This document shows, in pieces, positions 9,539 through 19,293 of a stretch of DNA of 64,000 nucleotides. The notes beneath the pieces are model-generated. The model saw nothing but the letters and a program-made list of their open reading frames with translations, was not told where the DNA came from and made no database searches. This stretch comes from Candidatus Bathyarchaeia archaeon (GTDB lineage Archaea; Thermoproteota; Bathyarchaeia; Bathyarchaeales; Bathycorpusculaceae). The stretch lies in the NCBI GenBank assembly GCA_038882655.1, contig JAVZNT010000002.1:32001-96000 (forward strand). The letters are read 5' to 3'. The number at the start of each line of letters is the position of its first letter. Positions within the stretch are counted from its first letter, which is position 1. Both the position numbers and the translations under genes were made by a program.

Positions 9539-10915
9539 TTATAGTACTATGATGACTGAAACGTCGTTAACATTTGTGCCCGTTGGACCTGTCAAAATTA
9601 GGTCGCCCAATTGGGAAAAGAAGCTATAAGAGTTGTTGTCTGTTAAGAAATTCTCAGCCCTAAGCCCTAAGGCTTCTGCTCTGGCTATGGTTTTTCCGTC
9701 GGCTATTGCTCCTGCTGCGTCTGTTGGTCCATCCACTCCATCCGTGCTTAATGAGGCTATAACGACGCCTTCCAAGCCCCTAATTTTCAATGCAGCTGCT
9801 AAGGCTATTTCTTGGTTTCTTCCACCCTTGCCTTTTCCAGTGACCGTGACTGTTGTTTCGCCTCCAGCCACTATGCCCGCCGGTTTTTTAACGGGGTTGC
9901 CAGAGGCGGAAATTTCACGGGCTAGCGAAGCCAGCACTGTTCCGATATGCCTTGCCTCGCCTTCTAGAAGCGATGTTAACAAGAGCGAGTTCAATCCTTC
10001 AGATTTTAGGATTTCACATGCTGCTAAGCTTGCAGCTCTATTGTTCCCAATAATGACGTTGAAAACCCTTTCGAAGGCTTCGTCATCTGCCTTTGGTGTT
10101 TCTGGAATAAGCCTCTTCTCCCCATCTGTCAAGACTTTCTTTATTGATATTGGAGCTCTATCCCACAAGCGATATTTCTTCAAGACTTTTATGGCGTCGC
10201 TAAAGGTTGTTGAATCTGGAACTGTTGGTCCGGAAGCAATAAAATCTAGCGGGTCGCCTAAAACATCTGATAGGATAAGGTTTAGGATTGTTGCGGGATA
10301 AGCCTTCTTTGCAAGCCATCCGCCCTTAAACTCTGAAATGTGTTTCCTAACAGTGTTTATCTCGTTTATTGTGGCGCCGCACTTTAGCAAGTCCTCTGTT
10401 ATTTGCCTCTTGTCAGCCATCGTTATCTCGCCTCTTGGCATCGGCATTAGGCTGGAGCCTCCGCCTGAAATTAAGCATATAATCAAGTCTTCTTCGCTGG
10501 CTTTTTCGGCTATTTCAAGCATTTTTCTTGTTCCTTCAACTCCGGATTCGTCGGGGATTGGGTGGCTTGCCCTATGAAGCCTAATTATGCTTGTTTTATG
10601 CTTGCTTTCTTTTGGAATGTTGACGAGTCCGCTTGTGATTTTGTCGCCTAAAATCTCTTCTAGAGCTTCAACCATTGAACCGCTTGCCTTTCCCCCGCCT
10701 ATTACGTATACATTCTTGAACTTTTTAAGGTTAAAAGCGTGTCCATCCACGTGGAGAATTGAGCCTTTAAGCCTAAGTTTTGATTTAATTATCGATTTTG
10801 GGTCTACAGCTTTTATGGCGGCTTCAAGGCTTTTTATGGCTAATTCTCTAGCTATTTTATCAAGGTGCGTTTCACTGTTCTGAATTAATTGTTCTAAATT
10901 CTTAATAATTGTCAT
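9539..10915 (-). CDS. Glycerate 2-kinase (MOFRL family)
   Basis: GGGKA, HPIPD, SGGGSSL, SDVLGD, GGETTV, GGRNQE, TDGVDG, TGTNVND. Confidence 0.93.
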   Translation of the reverse strand: MTIIKNLEQLIQNSETHLDKIARELAIKSLEAAIKAVDPKSIIKSKLRLKGSILHVDGHAFNLKKFKNVYVIGGGKASGSMVEALEEILGDKITSGLVNIPKESKHKTSIIRLHRASHPIPDESGVEGTRKMLEIAEKASEEDLIICLISGGGSSLMPMPRGEITMADKRQITEDLLKCGATINEINTVRKHISEFKGGWLAKKAYPATILNLILSDVLGDPLDFIASGPTVPDSTTFSDAIKVLKKYRLWDRAPISIKKVLTDGEKRLIPETPKADDEAFERVFNVIIGNNRAASLAACEILKSEGLNSLLLTSLLEGEARHIGTVLASLAREISASGNPVKKPAGIVAGGETTVTVTGKGKGGRNQEIALAAALKIRGLEGVVIASLSTDGVDGPTDAAGAIADGKTIARAEALGLRAENFLTDNNSYSFFSQLGDLILTGPTGTNVNDVSVIIVL

Positions 10916-11007
10916 TTTGAGGCACCGTCGTGGCTTTTAAAGTTGGGAAATCGTAAATGTAATAAGCTGAGTGTTAATAAAGTGTTTTGCACCGCACGGT
11001 GAACATT

Positions 11008-12015
11008 ATGGCAAAGCCTAAGGTCTACGTAACCCGCGAGCTTCCAGAAAGAGGCATGAAAATAATAAAGGAGCGCTTTGACGCTGAAGTCTGGCCTGAA
11101 TATGGTCCGCCGCCAAAAGCGGAAATAATAAGGAGAGCAAGAAATGTTGACGCCTTAGCCACGCTCTTGTCAGATAAGATTGACGCTGAAGTTTTTGACG
11201 CTGCACCTAAACTGAAAATTGTTGCTCAGATGGCTGTAGGCTTTGACAACATAGACGTTGCCGAAGCCACGAAAAGAGGCATATACGTGACAAACACTCC
11301 TGGCGTTTTAACCGAGACCACAGCGGATTTTGCTTGGGCTTTGTTGATGGCCATTGCGAGGCGTGTTGTTGAGGCGGATAAGTATGTGCGCACAGGACAG
11401 TGGAAGGTCAGCTGGCACCCGAGCATGCTTCTAGGTAGAGACATTTACGGCGCAACGTTGGGCATCGTGGGAGCGGGCAGAATAGGAATGGCTGTTGTGC
11501 GAAGGGCAAAGGGCTTCAGCATGAAAATCCTCTATTATGATGTTGTTCCAATGCCACCAGAAATAGAGAAGGAACTCGGCGCAAAACGTGTGGACTTGGA
11601 CACGCTTTTAAAAGAATCCGACTTTGTCAGCATTCATGTGCCTTTAATGAAGGAAACATACCACCTAATCAATGAAGAAAGGTTTAAACTGATGAAGAAG
11701 ACGGCTTACCTAATCAACAATTCCAGAGGACCAGTTGTGGATGAAAAAGCCCTTTACAAGGCGTTGAAGGAAGGGTGGATTGCAGGCGCAGCCCTAGACG
11801 TTTTTGAGCAAGAACCTACGCCAGTGGACAATCCTCTCCTTAAGCTTGACAACGTCGTTGTAGCACCCCACATTTCAAGTGCCAGCTATGAAACCCGCTC
11901 AAGGATGGCTGAGATGGTCGCGGAAAATTTAGTTGCCTTCTTTGAGGGAAGAACTCCACCGAACCTCGTTAACCCTGATGTCGTCAAGGTGCGCCCACTA
12001 TCCAAGCTCTTCTAA
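11008..12015 (+). CDS. gyaR: Glyoxylate/hydroxypyruvate reductase (D-2-hydroxyacid dehydrogenase)
   Basis: AVGFDNID, NTPGVLT, GAGRIG, INNSRG, LDVFEQEP, PHISS. Confidence 0.88.
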   Translation: MAKPKVYVTRELPERGMKIIKERFDAEVWPEYGPPPKAEIIRRARNVDALATLLSDKIDAEVFDAAPKLKIVAQMAVGFDNIDVAEATKRGIYVTNTPGVLTETTADFAWALLMAIARRVVEADKYVRTGQWKVSWHPSMLLGRDIYGATLGIVGAGRIGMAVVRRAKGFSMKILYYDVVPMPPEIEKELGAKRVDLDTLLKESDFVSIHVPLMKETYHLINEERFKLMKKTAYLINNSRGPVVDEKALYKALKEGWIAGAALDVFEQEPTPVDNPLLKLDNVVVAPHISSASYETRSRMAEMVAENLVAFFEGRTPPNLVNPDVVKVRPLSKLF

Positions 12016-12104
12016 CATGCCTTTTTAATCCCTTTTAACTGTAATGGTTAAATACTCTGTTAATGTTACTTTCAATCTCCATCTTTCGGATGTTGGTGTT
12101 GCTG

Positions 12105-13283
12105 ATGGTTTCCATATTTGCAGATAGAATGGCATCTCTTGGAACTGAAACGGCTTTTGAAGTGCTTGCCCGTGCAAAGGCTCTTGAAAGGCAAGGCAAA
12201 AATATAATCCACCTAGAAATAGGCGAACCTGATTTTGATACGCCCAAAAACATTAAGGAGGCTGCTGTGAAGGCTCTCTATGACGGCTACACCCACTATG
12301 TGCCAGCGGCTGGCATCCCCGAACTGCGGGAAGCCATAGCCGAGTACATTTCAAAAACTAGGAAAATCCCAGTAAACCCAGAAGAAGTTGTTGTTACGCC
12401 CGGAGCCAAGCCAATAATGTTTTTCGCCATATTGGCATGTGTGGAGCGTGGCGAGGAAGTCTTATATCCGAATCCAGGTTTTCCAATCTACGAGTCCATG
12501 GTAAATTTTGTTGGAGCCAAACCTGTGCCCATTCCGCTCAAGGAGGAGAACGATTTCAGACTGGACCACGAGTATGTTAAGGCTAAGATAACCAAAAAGA
12601 CTAAAATGATTATTTTGAACTCGCCTGAAAACCCAACAGGCGGCGTTTTGACAAGGGAGGATTTGAAGGTTATAGCCGACTGCATAGCCAACAGAAACGA
12701 TGTTATAGTACTTTCAGACGAGATTTACAGCAGAATAATCTATGAAGGAACCCACGAAAGTATTGCCTCGCTCCCGGGAATGCGGGAGAAAACCATAATA
12801 TTGGATGGCTTTTCGAAGACCTACGCCATGACTGGCTGGAGACTTGGCTATGGAGTTATGCGGAAAGACCTAGCTGAAAAAATCACGCAGTTAATGATTA
12901 ATTCGAACTCTTGCACCTGTGCCTTCGTCCAAATGGCCGGAGTTGAAGCCCTAAAGGGTCCGCAAGATTCCGTTGACAAAATGGTTGCAGAGTTTAGAAA
13001 ACGAAGAGAAGTCATAGTTTCTGGCTTGAACAACATTAAAGGCATAACTTGCAAGAAGCCTAAAGGTGCCTTCTACGTCTTCCCAAACATAAAAGGCATT
13101 GGAAAGAAATCCAAAGAGTTTTCAGATTACTTGCTCGATGAGGTTGGTGTGGCTGTTCTGCCGGGCACTTCTTTTGGGAAGTATGGTGAGGGGTATCTGC
13201 GCATATCCTTTGCGAATTCTGTTGAGAACATTAAGAAAGCTTTAGACCGTATAAGCAAGGCTGTTGAAAAGCTGAAAAGTTAG
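12105..13283 (+). CDS. Class I PLP-dependent (aspartate-type) aminotransferase
   Basis: GEPDF, NSPENPTG, SDEIY, GFSKTYAMTGWRLG. Confidence 0.92.
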   Translation: MVSIFADRMASLGTETAFEVLARAKALERQGKNIIHLEIGEPDFDTPKNIKEAAVKALYDGYTHYVPAAGIPELREAIAEYISKTRKIPVNPEEVVVTPGAKPIMFFAILACVERGEEVLYPNPGFPIYESMVNFVGAKPVPIPLKEENDFRLDHEYVKAKITKKTKMIILNSPENPTGGVLTREDLKVIADCIANRNDVIVLSDEIYSRIIYEGTHESIASLPGMREKTIILDGFSKTYAMTGWRLGYGVMRKDLAEKITQLMINSNSCTCAFVQMAGVEALKGPQDSVDKMVAEFRKRREVIVSGLNNIKGITCKKPKGAFYVFPNIKGIGKKSKEFSDYLLDEVGVAVLPGTSFGKYGEGYLRISFANSVENIKKALDRISKAVEKLKS

Positions 13284-13298
13284 ATGGCTTTTTAGCCT

Positions 13299-13679
13299 TT
13301 AATCTTCCACTTTTTCTCCTATCATTGTTTCAACGATTTCTGAGGCTAGCTGTATTAGGCTGTCTGCCTGCTTTACGGCTTTTTCCTCGTTAACCTCTTC
13401 AAGCTGTGCCATTTGCTGCATCATTCCCTCGATTTCCACCAAGCATCTTAAAACTGGGTCGTTTCCAAACTGCATTTTTTCAACAGCCTCTCTTACGACG
13501 TTTTCTATGAAGGCTGGTTCTCCTAGGCTGTAGTATATGGCGTTTCTAGCCTTTCTTATGGCTTCTAGGATTAGGCTTGGAGCCATGTAGGGCATTTTCC
13601 TAGCGGCTTCTAGTTCTGCTTTTGCCTCGCGCAAGTATCTCAAAGCCCACCCGCGCCTATACTGGTCCATCATAGCCAA
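13299..13679 (-). CDS. Hypothetical helical protein (HEPN-like)
   Basis: RYLREAKAEL...A helical pattern resembling HEPN N-terminus; co-oriented with rps17e. Confidence 0.55.
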   Translation of the reverse strand: MAMMDQYRRGWALRYLREAKAELEAARKMPYMAPSLILEAIRKARNAIYYSLGEPAFIENVVREAVEKMQFGNDPVLRCLVEIEGMMQQMAQLEEVNEEKAVKQADSLIQLASEIVETMIGEKVED

Positions 13680-13725
13680 CCGCCTCGTCTGCCCTTTTCT
13701 AGAAATGGAAGGCAGTCTAATAAAG

Positions 13726-13950
13726 TTACTCGCCTTCTTCTTGACTTTCGTTGGACGCTGATGTTTCCATGCCGGAATAAATGTGGGTTATGTACCCCGC
13801 AATCTGGTTTCGCACTCGCGTCGTTGCTCCCTGCAAAAGCATGGTTACAACACGTTTATTCTCTTCAAAGTTGCTGGAAAACTTGTTGGGAAAACGCCTA
13901 ATAAGTTCCTTGGCTATGCGTTTAATGTATTCTGTGCGAACTTTTCCCAA
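13726..13950 (-). CDS. rps17e: 30S ribosomal protein S17e
   Basis: MGKVRT..IKR, NFEENK, RNQIAGYIT. Confidence 0.95.
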   Translation of the reverse strand: MGKVRTEYIKRIAKELIRRFPNKFSSNFEENKRVVTMLLQGATTRVRNQIAGYITHIYSGMETSASNESQEEGE

Positions 13951-14041
13951 CCTTCATTGTCCCCCAAGCATCCCTCATTTATACTGTTCCACACCGCTGG
14001 TTTAAAGTGAACATTCATAAACGAAAAGGCTAAATTTAAAT

Positions 14042-14848
14042 TTACGTGTCGCCACCCCTCGAATTTAACCTCACCCCGAAAAACTCCTCAAAATTCATCG
14101 CTATCTGGTCTGCGGCTTCCTCAACACTCACCCTTTTAATTTCAGCTATCGCGCCCACAACTGTTGGAATAAAAGCTGGAGTCGTCATTTTCCCATTGAA
14201 GGGGGCTTTAAAGTAGCGCACTGGTCCATCAGTTTCTGTTAAAAGATTTGTTAATGGCGCTTTTTTGACGACTTCACGTATGCCGTTTGAGTAGGCTGTT
14301 GGTGGTCCTTCGCTGATGTAGTATCCCCTTTCAATGGCTTTTGGTAGTACGCCTATAGGGTTGCTAAACCAGTGCAGAAGAACCCTCTTCGTATTGTAGG
14401 ATGGAAGTATATCCACTATATGCGCGGTTGTTCCACGAGAATGCACTATTACTGGGAGGTTTAGTTTTTCAGCTAGATGCAGCATTTCATCAAAAACCAT
14501 CAGCTGCTTTTCCCATATTTTCTCGTACTTATAGTCTAAGCCAACCTCGCCTATGGCTATTAAGGCCTTATTCTCTTTCTGTTTCGCTATGAGCTCAGTT
14601 GTTTGTTGCAGCTCCTCTTCGGTTAATGTGTTTACGTTCCATGGGTGGATTCCCAAGGCAGCATAAACCATCCCCTTATAGTGTTCGGCAAGCTCGAGGC
14701 TTTTCACGCTTGTATCTAAATTCATGGAATTAGAAACCAACGCTGTCAAGTTAGAGTTTCTTGCGTCAAAAATGATTTCTTCAACTTTCTCGGCGTATTC
14801 CTCGTCTGATAAATGTATATGGGCATCGACAAACTTTAGGGGCTTCAT
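14042..14848 (-). CDS. tatD: TatD family hydrolase/DNase
   Basis: DAHIH, GIHP, GEVGLD, HSR, LHWF, ETDGP. Confidence 0.92.
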   Translation of the reverse strand: MKPLKFVDAHIHLSDEEYAEKVEEIIFDARNSNLTALVSNSMNLDTSVKSLELAEHYKGMVYAALGIHPWNVNTLTEEELQQTTELIAKQKENKALIAIGEVGLDYKYEKIWEKQLMVFDEMLHLAEKLNLPVIVHSRGTTAHIVDILPSYNTKRVLLHWFSNPIGVLPKAIERGYYISEGPPTAYSNGIREVVKKAPLTNLLTETDGPVRYFKAPFNGKMTTPAFIPTVVGAIAEIKRVSVEEAADQIAMNFEEFFGVRLNSRGGDT

Positions 14849-15009
14849 AGCGTATTCACTTTAAGCATAAAACTACAAGCCTAGGCATTTTTATAATTTC
14901 CTCTCTTAAATAAAGAAAGTTCGGCTTTAATGCCCAATTTTGGAAGATAAGATGCAATAAACGTTAAATATTGCTTTAAATAGAGAAAGAGGCTACAGGA
15001 GGAGTCTTT

Positions 15010-15231
15010 ATGGCAGATTTAGAGTTGGCAATTGCTCCCATGCACAGATTGTGTAAGAAGGCTGGAGCTGACCGCGTAAGTGAGGCAGCCGCTAGAGAGC
15101 TTGCAAAAGCCCTAGAAGAAATAGGAATAAAAATAGCCAAGGAAGCACTAGACTTTGCAATGCACACAGGAAGAAAGACTATAAAGGCTGAAGACATTGA
15201 GATTGCCGCCAGAAAAGTTATGGGCAGATAA
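15010..15231 (+). CDS. Archaeal histone
   Basis: LAIAPMHRL..KAGADRVS...HTGRKTIKAEDI histone fold; GGAGG upstream. Confidence 0.95.
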   Translation: MADLELAIAPMHRLCKKAGADRVSEAAARELAKALEEIGIKIAKEALDFAMHTGRKTIKAEDIEIAARKVMGR

Positions 15232-15235
15232 CACT

Positions 15236-15260
15236 ACTTCTCCCTCTTTTCTTCTTTTTG
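15236..15260 (+). terminator. Putative archaeal pyrimidine/U-rich terminator after the histone gene
   Basis: tacttctccctctttt cttcttttt immediately after the stop codon. Confidence 0.4.
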
Positions 15261-15342
15261 AATAGTTACGGCTAGCAATGTATATAAGAAGCAAACTGGA
15301 ATCTATCCCATAGCCTAAAACCGTTTAGGGAGATGTCGGTTA

Positions 15343-15669
15343 ATGGGTGGGAAAAAGAAACTCAGCTTGAAACAGATGGAACGCATGCAGACGCGTAAGG
15401 ATGAAGAGGAAAGAAAGAAGAAGGAAAAGGATAAAGAAAAGGCGGCTAGAGAGAAAAAGCTGGCTGGTGTATTTGTACCAGACGTCAAAGGCGAAAAGAT
15501 TCTCGATGAATTGAGGAAGATGCGGGCTTTAACGCCCTATGCTGTGGCAACTCGCTTCAACATTAGGATAAGCACAGCTAAAGATTTTCTTGAACAGCTT
15601 GAAGAAGACGGCTTGGTTCAGCTGGTTTCCGGAAACCATAACATTAAGATATATAAGGCTGTAGACTAG
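15343..15669 (+). CDS. rps25e: 30S ribosomal protein S25e
   Basis: MGGKKK basic N-terminus; TPYAVA..I.IS.AK..L winged helix. Confidence 0.9.
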   Translation: MGGKKKLSLKQMERMQTRKDEEERKKKEKDKEKAAREKKLAGVFVPDVKGEKILDELRKMRALTPYAVATRFNIRISTAKDFLEQLEEDGLVQLVSGNHNIKIYKAVD

Positions 15670-15719
15670 CCGCTCCCTTTAATAACACTGTGTACCTAAA
15701 TTTTTACGGTTGAAGTCGT

Positions 15720-16196
15720 TTGAGTTATCCAAAAAGAGTGTACACCACCAATGAAGTCAAGGAAGCAGAAAAACTTGTCAGAAAAGGCTATCGGCACCGC
15801 TTAACAGTTAAAGGAAGCCCAGATTTTAAACAGAAAGTTAGAGCCGCATTGAAACTCGTTAAAACGGCAGGGTACTATGACTTTTTGAGGTCATATATCA
15901 AAAGTATAACCGAAATCGACGGTTTTACACAGCTGCGGGAGTCTGAAGCTTCTATTTGGGCAAATAAGTATGCAGTGGCAAATCCCGTTGATGCTGCAAG
16001 CCTTTTTGTGCAGAAGGTACACCACATGAAGGAGTATCTTGAAGGAAAAATGTATTATGGCGGAGAAGCCGAAAGACGTTCTGTAGAAAAACGCATAGAG
16101 TTCCTTGAAACATTAAAGAAGAGAACCCGCAAGAGGAACATTAAAGAAGAATGTGAAAGGCTTTTAAAAAGCTGGAGCGAAAGCGTGTTCCTATAA
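15720..16196 (+). CDS. Hypothetical protein
   Basis: 158-aa ORF with normal coding composition. Confidence 0.6.
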   Translation: MSYPKRVYTTNEVKEAEKLVRKGYRHRLTVKGSPDFKQKVRAALKLVKTAGYYDFLRSYIKSITEIDGFTQLRESEASIWANKYAVANPVDAASLFVQKVHHMKEYLEGKMYYGGEAERRSVEKRIEFLETLKKRTRKRNIKEECERLLKSWSESVFL

Positions 16197-16574
16197 CTTT
16201 TCAACTTTAATGGTTGTTCCGCTCTTCACTTTACTGAAAAGCTCAAGATTTTTGGTAACTTTACCTAAAACGTTGACTGGGCTGTAGGGTTGAGATTCCC
16301 CGTAGAATATGCATAGGGCGCTTCCCATAGGCCAGAAGGCTATTGTACCCTTTTCTACGGTGGCTTTTGCTTTTTCCTCCCCCATTTTCACTGGAATTTC
16401 AAAGTAGACTTCTTCTTTCCATATGGCTGCCCTTCCCTCAAAGGGCAGTTTTCGGACGATCATGTCCACTGTTCTTGGGGCTAGGTGGCGGATAAGCTCT
16501 CCTTCGGCTTCACCCAAACCTTCAATGATGAATTTTATTTTTACCCGTGAGATTTCGTCCTCTTCACTTCCCAT
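16191..16574 (-). CDS. Cyclophilin-like fold protein (DUF369/TM1367-like)
   Basis: APRTV..LP, W.EEVYF, IAFWPMG.ALCIFYG. Confidence 0.85.
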   Translation of the reverse strand: MGSEEDEISRVKIKFIIEGLGEAEGELIRHLAPRTVDMIVRKLPFEGRAAIWKEEVYFEIPVKMGEEKAKATVEKGTIAFWPMGSALCIFYGESQPYSPVNVLGKVTKNLELFSKVKSGTTIKVEKL

Positions 16575-17901
16575 GTTTATACACTTTCCCGAGAAAATCT
16601 TCTAAAATTTGTTCTAGAGACAATGGTCCCAGAACTTTGAGTTCGTATTTTACCCTCACCGTTGGCTTGTTAATTTCCATGACTCTTCGCAGGTCTACGG
16701 GTGTTCCGATAACCACAACGTCACATGGCGTTCTGGTAATTGTTTCATTAAGCTCCTCAATCTGTTTTTCTCCGTAACCTAGGGCGGGTAAAACTGCTCC
16801 AAGATGAGGATACCCTTCATAAGCCTCTTTTATTGAACCTACAGCGTAGGGTCTTGGGTCGGCTATTTCGCTGGCTCCAAGCTGCTTTGCCATGATTGTT
16901 GCTGCACCGTAGGGCATGTTTCCATGAGTCAATGTTGGTCCATCTTCAATTACAAGCGCACGCTTGCCCTTAATCAGTTCTGGCTTGTCAGCTGTTATTG
17001 GCGACGATGCCTCAAGTATAATAGCGTTCGGATTAACCTTCTTTATATTCTCCTTAACAAAATTAACGTTTTTAGGGTCTGCCGTGTCAACCTTGTTTAT
17101 TATCACAACATTTGCCAATCTAAGGTTTGCCTCTCCGGGGTGATACGTTATTTCATGCCCCGCCCTATGAGGGTCCGCCACAACTATGTGGAGATTTGGC
17201 TTGTAGAAGGGTATGTCATTGTTCCCTCCATCCCAAACGATGATATCTGCCTCTTCTTCTGCTTCCCTTAAAATCTCCGTATAGTCAACTCCAGCGTACA
17301 CGACTACTCCATTGTCTATATGAGGCTCGTATTCCTCTCTTTCCTCAATTGTGCACTCATATCGGTCAAGGTCCTCATATGAAGCAAAGCGTTGGCAAAT
17401 CTGCTTGCGCAGGTCACCATAGGGCATTGGATGTCTAACAACCACAACGTTTAAGCCCTTACCCTTCAAGATTTTAGCCACTTGCCGCGACGTCTGACTT
17501 TTTCCAGAACCAGTTCTCACAGCGCCCACGGAAATTACTGGAACCTTAGCCTTAAGCATCGTAGTCTTAGGTCCCATAAGTCTGAAGTCTGCGCCGCTTG
17601 CCAGCGCTATCGACGCCTTGTGCATGACGTATTCGTGGGAGACATCGCTGTAGGCGAAAACCACTTGGTCAACGTCAAAGTCCTTTATCAGCCTTGCAAG
17701 TTCCTCTTCGGGATAAATTGGTATACCATTCGGGTAATTTTTTCCAGCCAGTTCTGGCGGATATATTCTTCCCTCTATGCCTGGAATTTGGGTGGCTGTG
17801 AAAGCCACAACTTCATAAGCATCGTTATCTCTGAAATAGACGTTAAAATTGTGAAAGTCTCTCCCAGCTGCGCCCATTATAATAACTTTTGTCTTTGTCA
17901 T
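16564..17901 (-). CDS. COG2403 P-loop protein (cyclic 2,3-diphosphoglycerate synthetase-like; candidate arginine synthetase ArcE)
   Basis: MGAAGRDFHNFN, AVRTGSGKSQT, RHPMPYGDL, WDGGNND, EDGPTLTHG. Confidence 0.8.
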   Translation of the reverse strand: MTKTKVIIMGAAGRDFHNFNVYFRDNDAYEVVAFTATQIPGIEGRIYPPELAGKNYPNGIPIYPEEELARLIKDFDVDQVVFAYSDVSHEYVMHKASIALASGADFRLMGPKTTMLKAKVPVISVGAVRTGSGKSQTSRQVAKILKGKGLNVVVVRHPMPYGDLRKQICQRFASYEDLDRYECTIEEREEYEPHIDNGVVVYAGVDYTEILREAEEEADIIVWDGGNNDIPFYKPNLHIVVADPHRAGHEITYHPGEANLRLANVVIINKVDTADPKNVNFVKENIKKVNPNAIILEASSPITADKPELIKGKRALVIEDGPTLTHGNMPYGAATIMAKQLGASEIADPRPYAVGSIKEAYEGYPHLGAVLPALGYGEKQIEELNETITRTPCDVVVIGTPVDLRRVMEINKPTVRVKYELKVLGPLSLEQILEDFLGKVYKHGK

Positions 17902-17980
17902 AAGGCGGGTGCCCCCGCAAAACCACCAAATTCGGTGAAGGCACTATACTACACGGCATAAATATAAAAACCTAGCTGTC

Positions 17981-19096
17981 TCAACCCCGCCTAACCAGAC
18001 AAGAAAAAGCCTCACCTATAAATTCTATTTGCTTTGCTGTGACACCCGGATGAACTGGCAAGGAAAGCACCTGCTCTGAGGCTTTCTCCGTTTCTGGAAG
18101 CTTCATTCTTCCAAATTTACGGTAGTAGGGCATTAGGTGGATGGGCCACGGATAGTAGACTTCTGCGCCTATGCCCTCTTTCCTTAACTTTTCAACAATG
18201 GTGTCTCGCTTTGCTCTGTCCGCGTCTTTAACTCTTACTGTGTAGAGGTACCAGCTGTTTCTGCAGCCTTTAGGCTCGCATGGCAGCTGAAGATTTTTAA
18301 CGCCACAAAGTTTTGCTGTGAGCCTCTCGGCGTTTTCCCTTCGCTTAGCTAGAAAATTGGGCAGTTTTTTAAGCTGTGTGATGCCTATTGCCGCTTCGAT
18401 TTCCGGCATGCGGTAATTGTGTCCTAAAAGGATGGACTTGTACTTTTCTTTCTCGCCGTGGCTTCTTATAAATCTCAAGGTTTCGGCAACTTCATCATCG
18501 TTTGTAGTTATCATGCCGCCTTCACCTGTTGTCATGTTTTTGCTTGCATAGAAACTCCAACATGCAATGTCCGCATAAGCGCCCACTGGTTTGCCCTTGT
18601 AAGTTGCGCCGTGGGCTTGGGCTGCATCCTCAATAACCTTCAACCCGTGTTTGTCGGCTATTTCCCTTAATGGTTTTAGGTCTGCTGGTGAACCATAGAG
18701 GTCTACAGCAATCACTGCCTTAGTCTTCTTTGTCAGTGACTTTTCAATGGCTTCTGGCGAGATGTTGTAGGTTTCCGGGTCTATGTCTACAAAAACTGGT
18801 TTCGCCCCAGCCATCACAACGGTTTCAGCTGTTGCCACAAAAGTGAAGCTTGGCAAAATCACCTCGTCGCCCCGTTTTATGCCAGCCCCAACAAGAGTCA
18901 TGTGCAAGGCTGCTGTTCCGCTGTTTACGGCTATGGCATGTTTTGCCTCAACAAATCTTGCAAACTCCTCTTCAAACTGTTTAACCATTGGTCCGGCACC
19001 AAGGGCATGAGTTAGGATGCCGCTTTTCAAAACCCTTATAACAGCCTCAACTTCTTCCTCGCTTATTTGCGGAGCGTTTATTGGAATCATCAACAA
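17981..19096 (-). CDS. DegT/DnrJ/EryC1/StrS aminotransferase
   Basis: NSGTAALH, EDAAQAHG, SFYASKNMTTGEGG. Confidence 0.93.
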   Translation of the reverse strand: MLMIPINAPQISEEEVEAVIRVLKSGILTHALGAGPMVKQFEEEFARFVEAKHAIAVNSGTAALHMTLVGAGIKRGDEVILPSFTFVATAETVVMAGAKPVFVDIDPETYNISPEAIEKSLTKKTKAVIAVDLYGSPADLKPLREIADKHGLKVIEDAAQAHGATYKGKPVGAYADIACWSFYASKNMTTGEGGMITTNDDEVAETLRFIRSHGEKEKYKSILLGHNYRMPEIEAAIGITQLKKLPNFLAKRRENAERLTAKLCGVKNLQLPCEPKGCRNSWYLYTVRVKDADRAKRDTIVEKLRKEGIGAEVYYPWPIHLMPYYRKFGRMKLPETEKASEQVLSLPVHPGVTAKQIEFIGEAFSCLVRRG

Positions 19097-19293
19097 GCCT
19101 CTGTTACCATCTAGTTCCTAAAAATATAAAAGTAATGCAGTTTTGGTAACGCATAAACAGCAAACGGAGTTTTCCATAATTAATCAGTGACTAACAAAGA
19201 CATAGATAATAATGAAGCTTTTATGTTTTTACTGGAGATTGGTGTGAAGTATTCTAAAGGTTACCTTTTTATTTAAGTTATTTTGAATATTTC

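Noticed and set aside
17904-17918. GC hairpin GCGGG-TGCC-CCCGC just upstream of the COG2403 start
   Set aside because: Only a 5-bp stem; could be chance and has no other support
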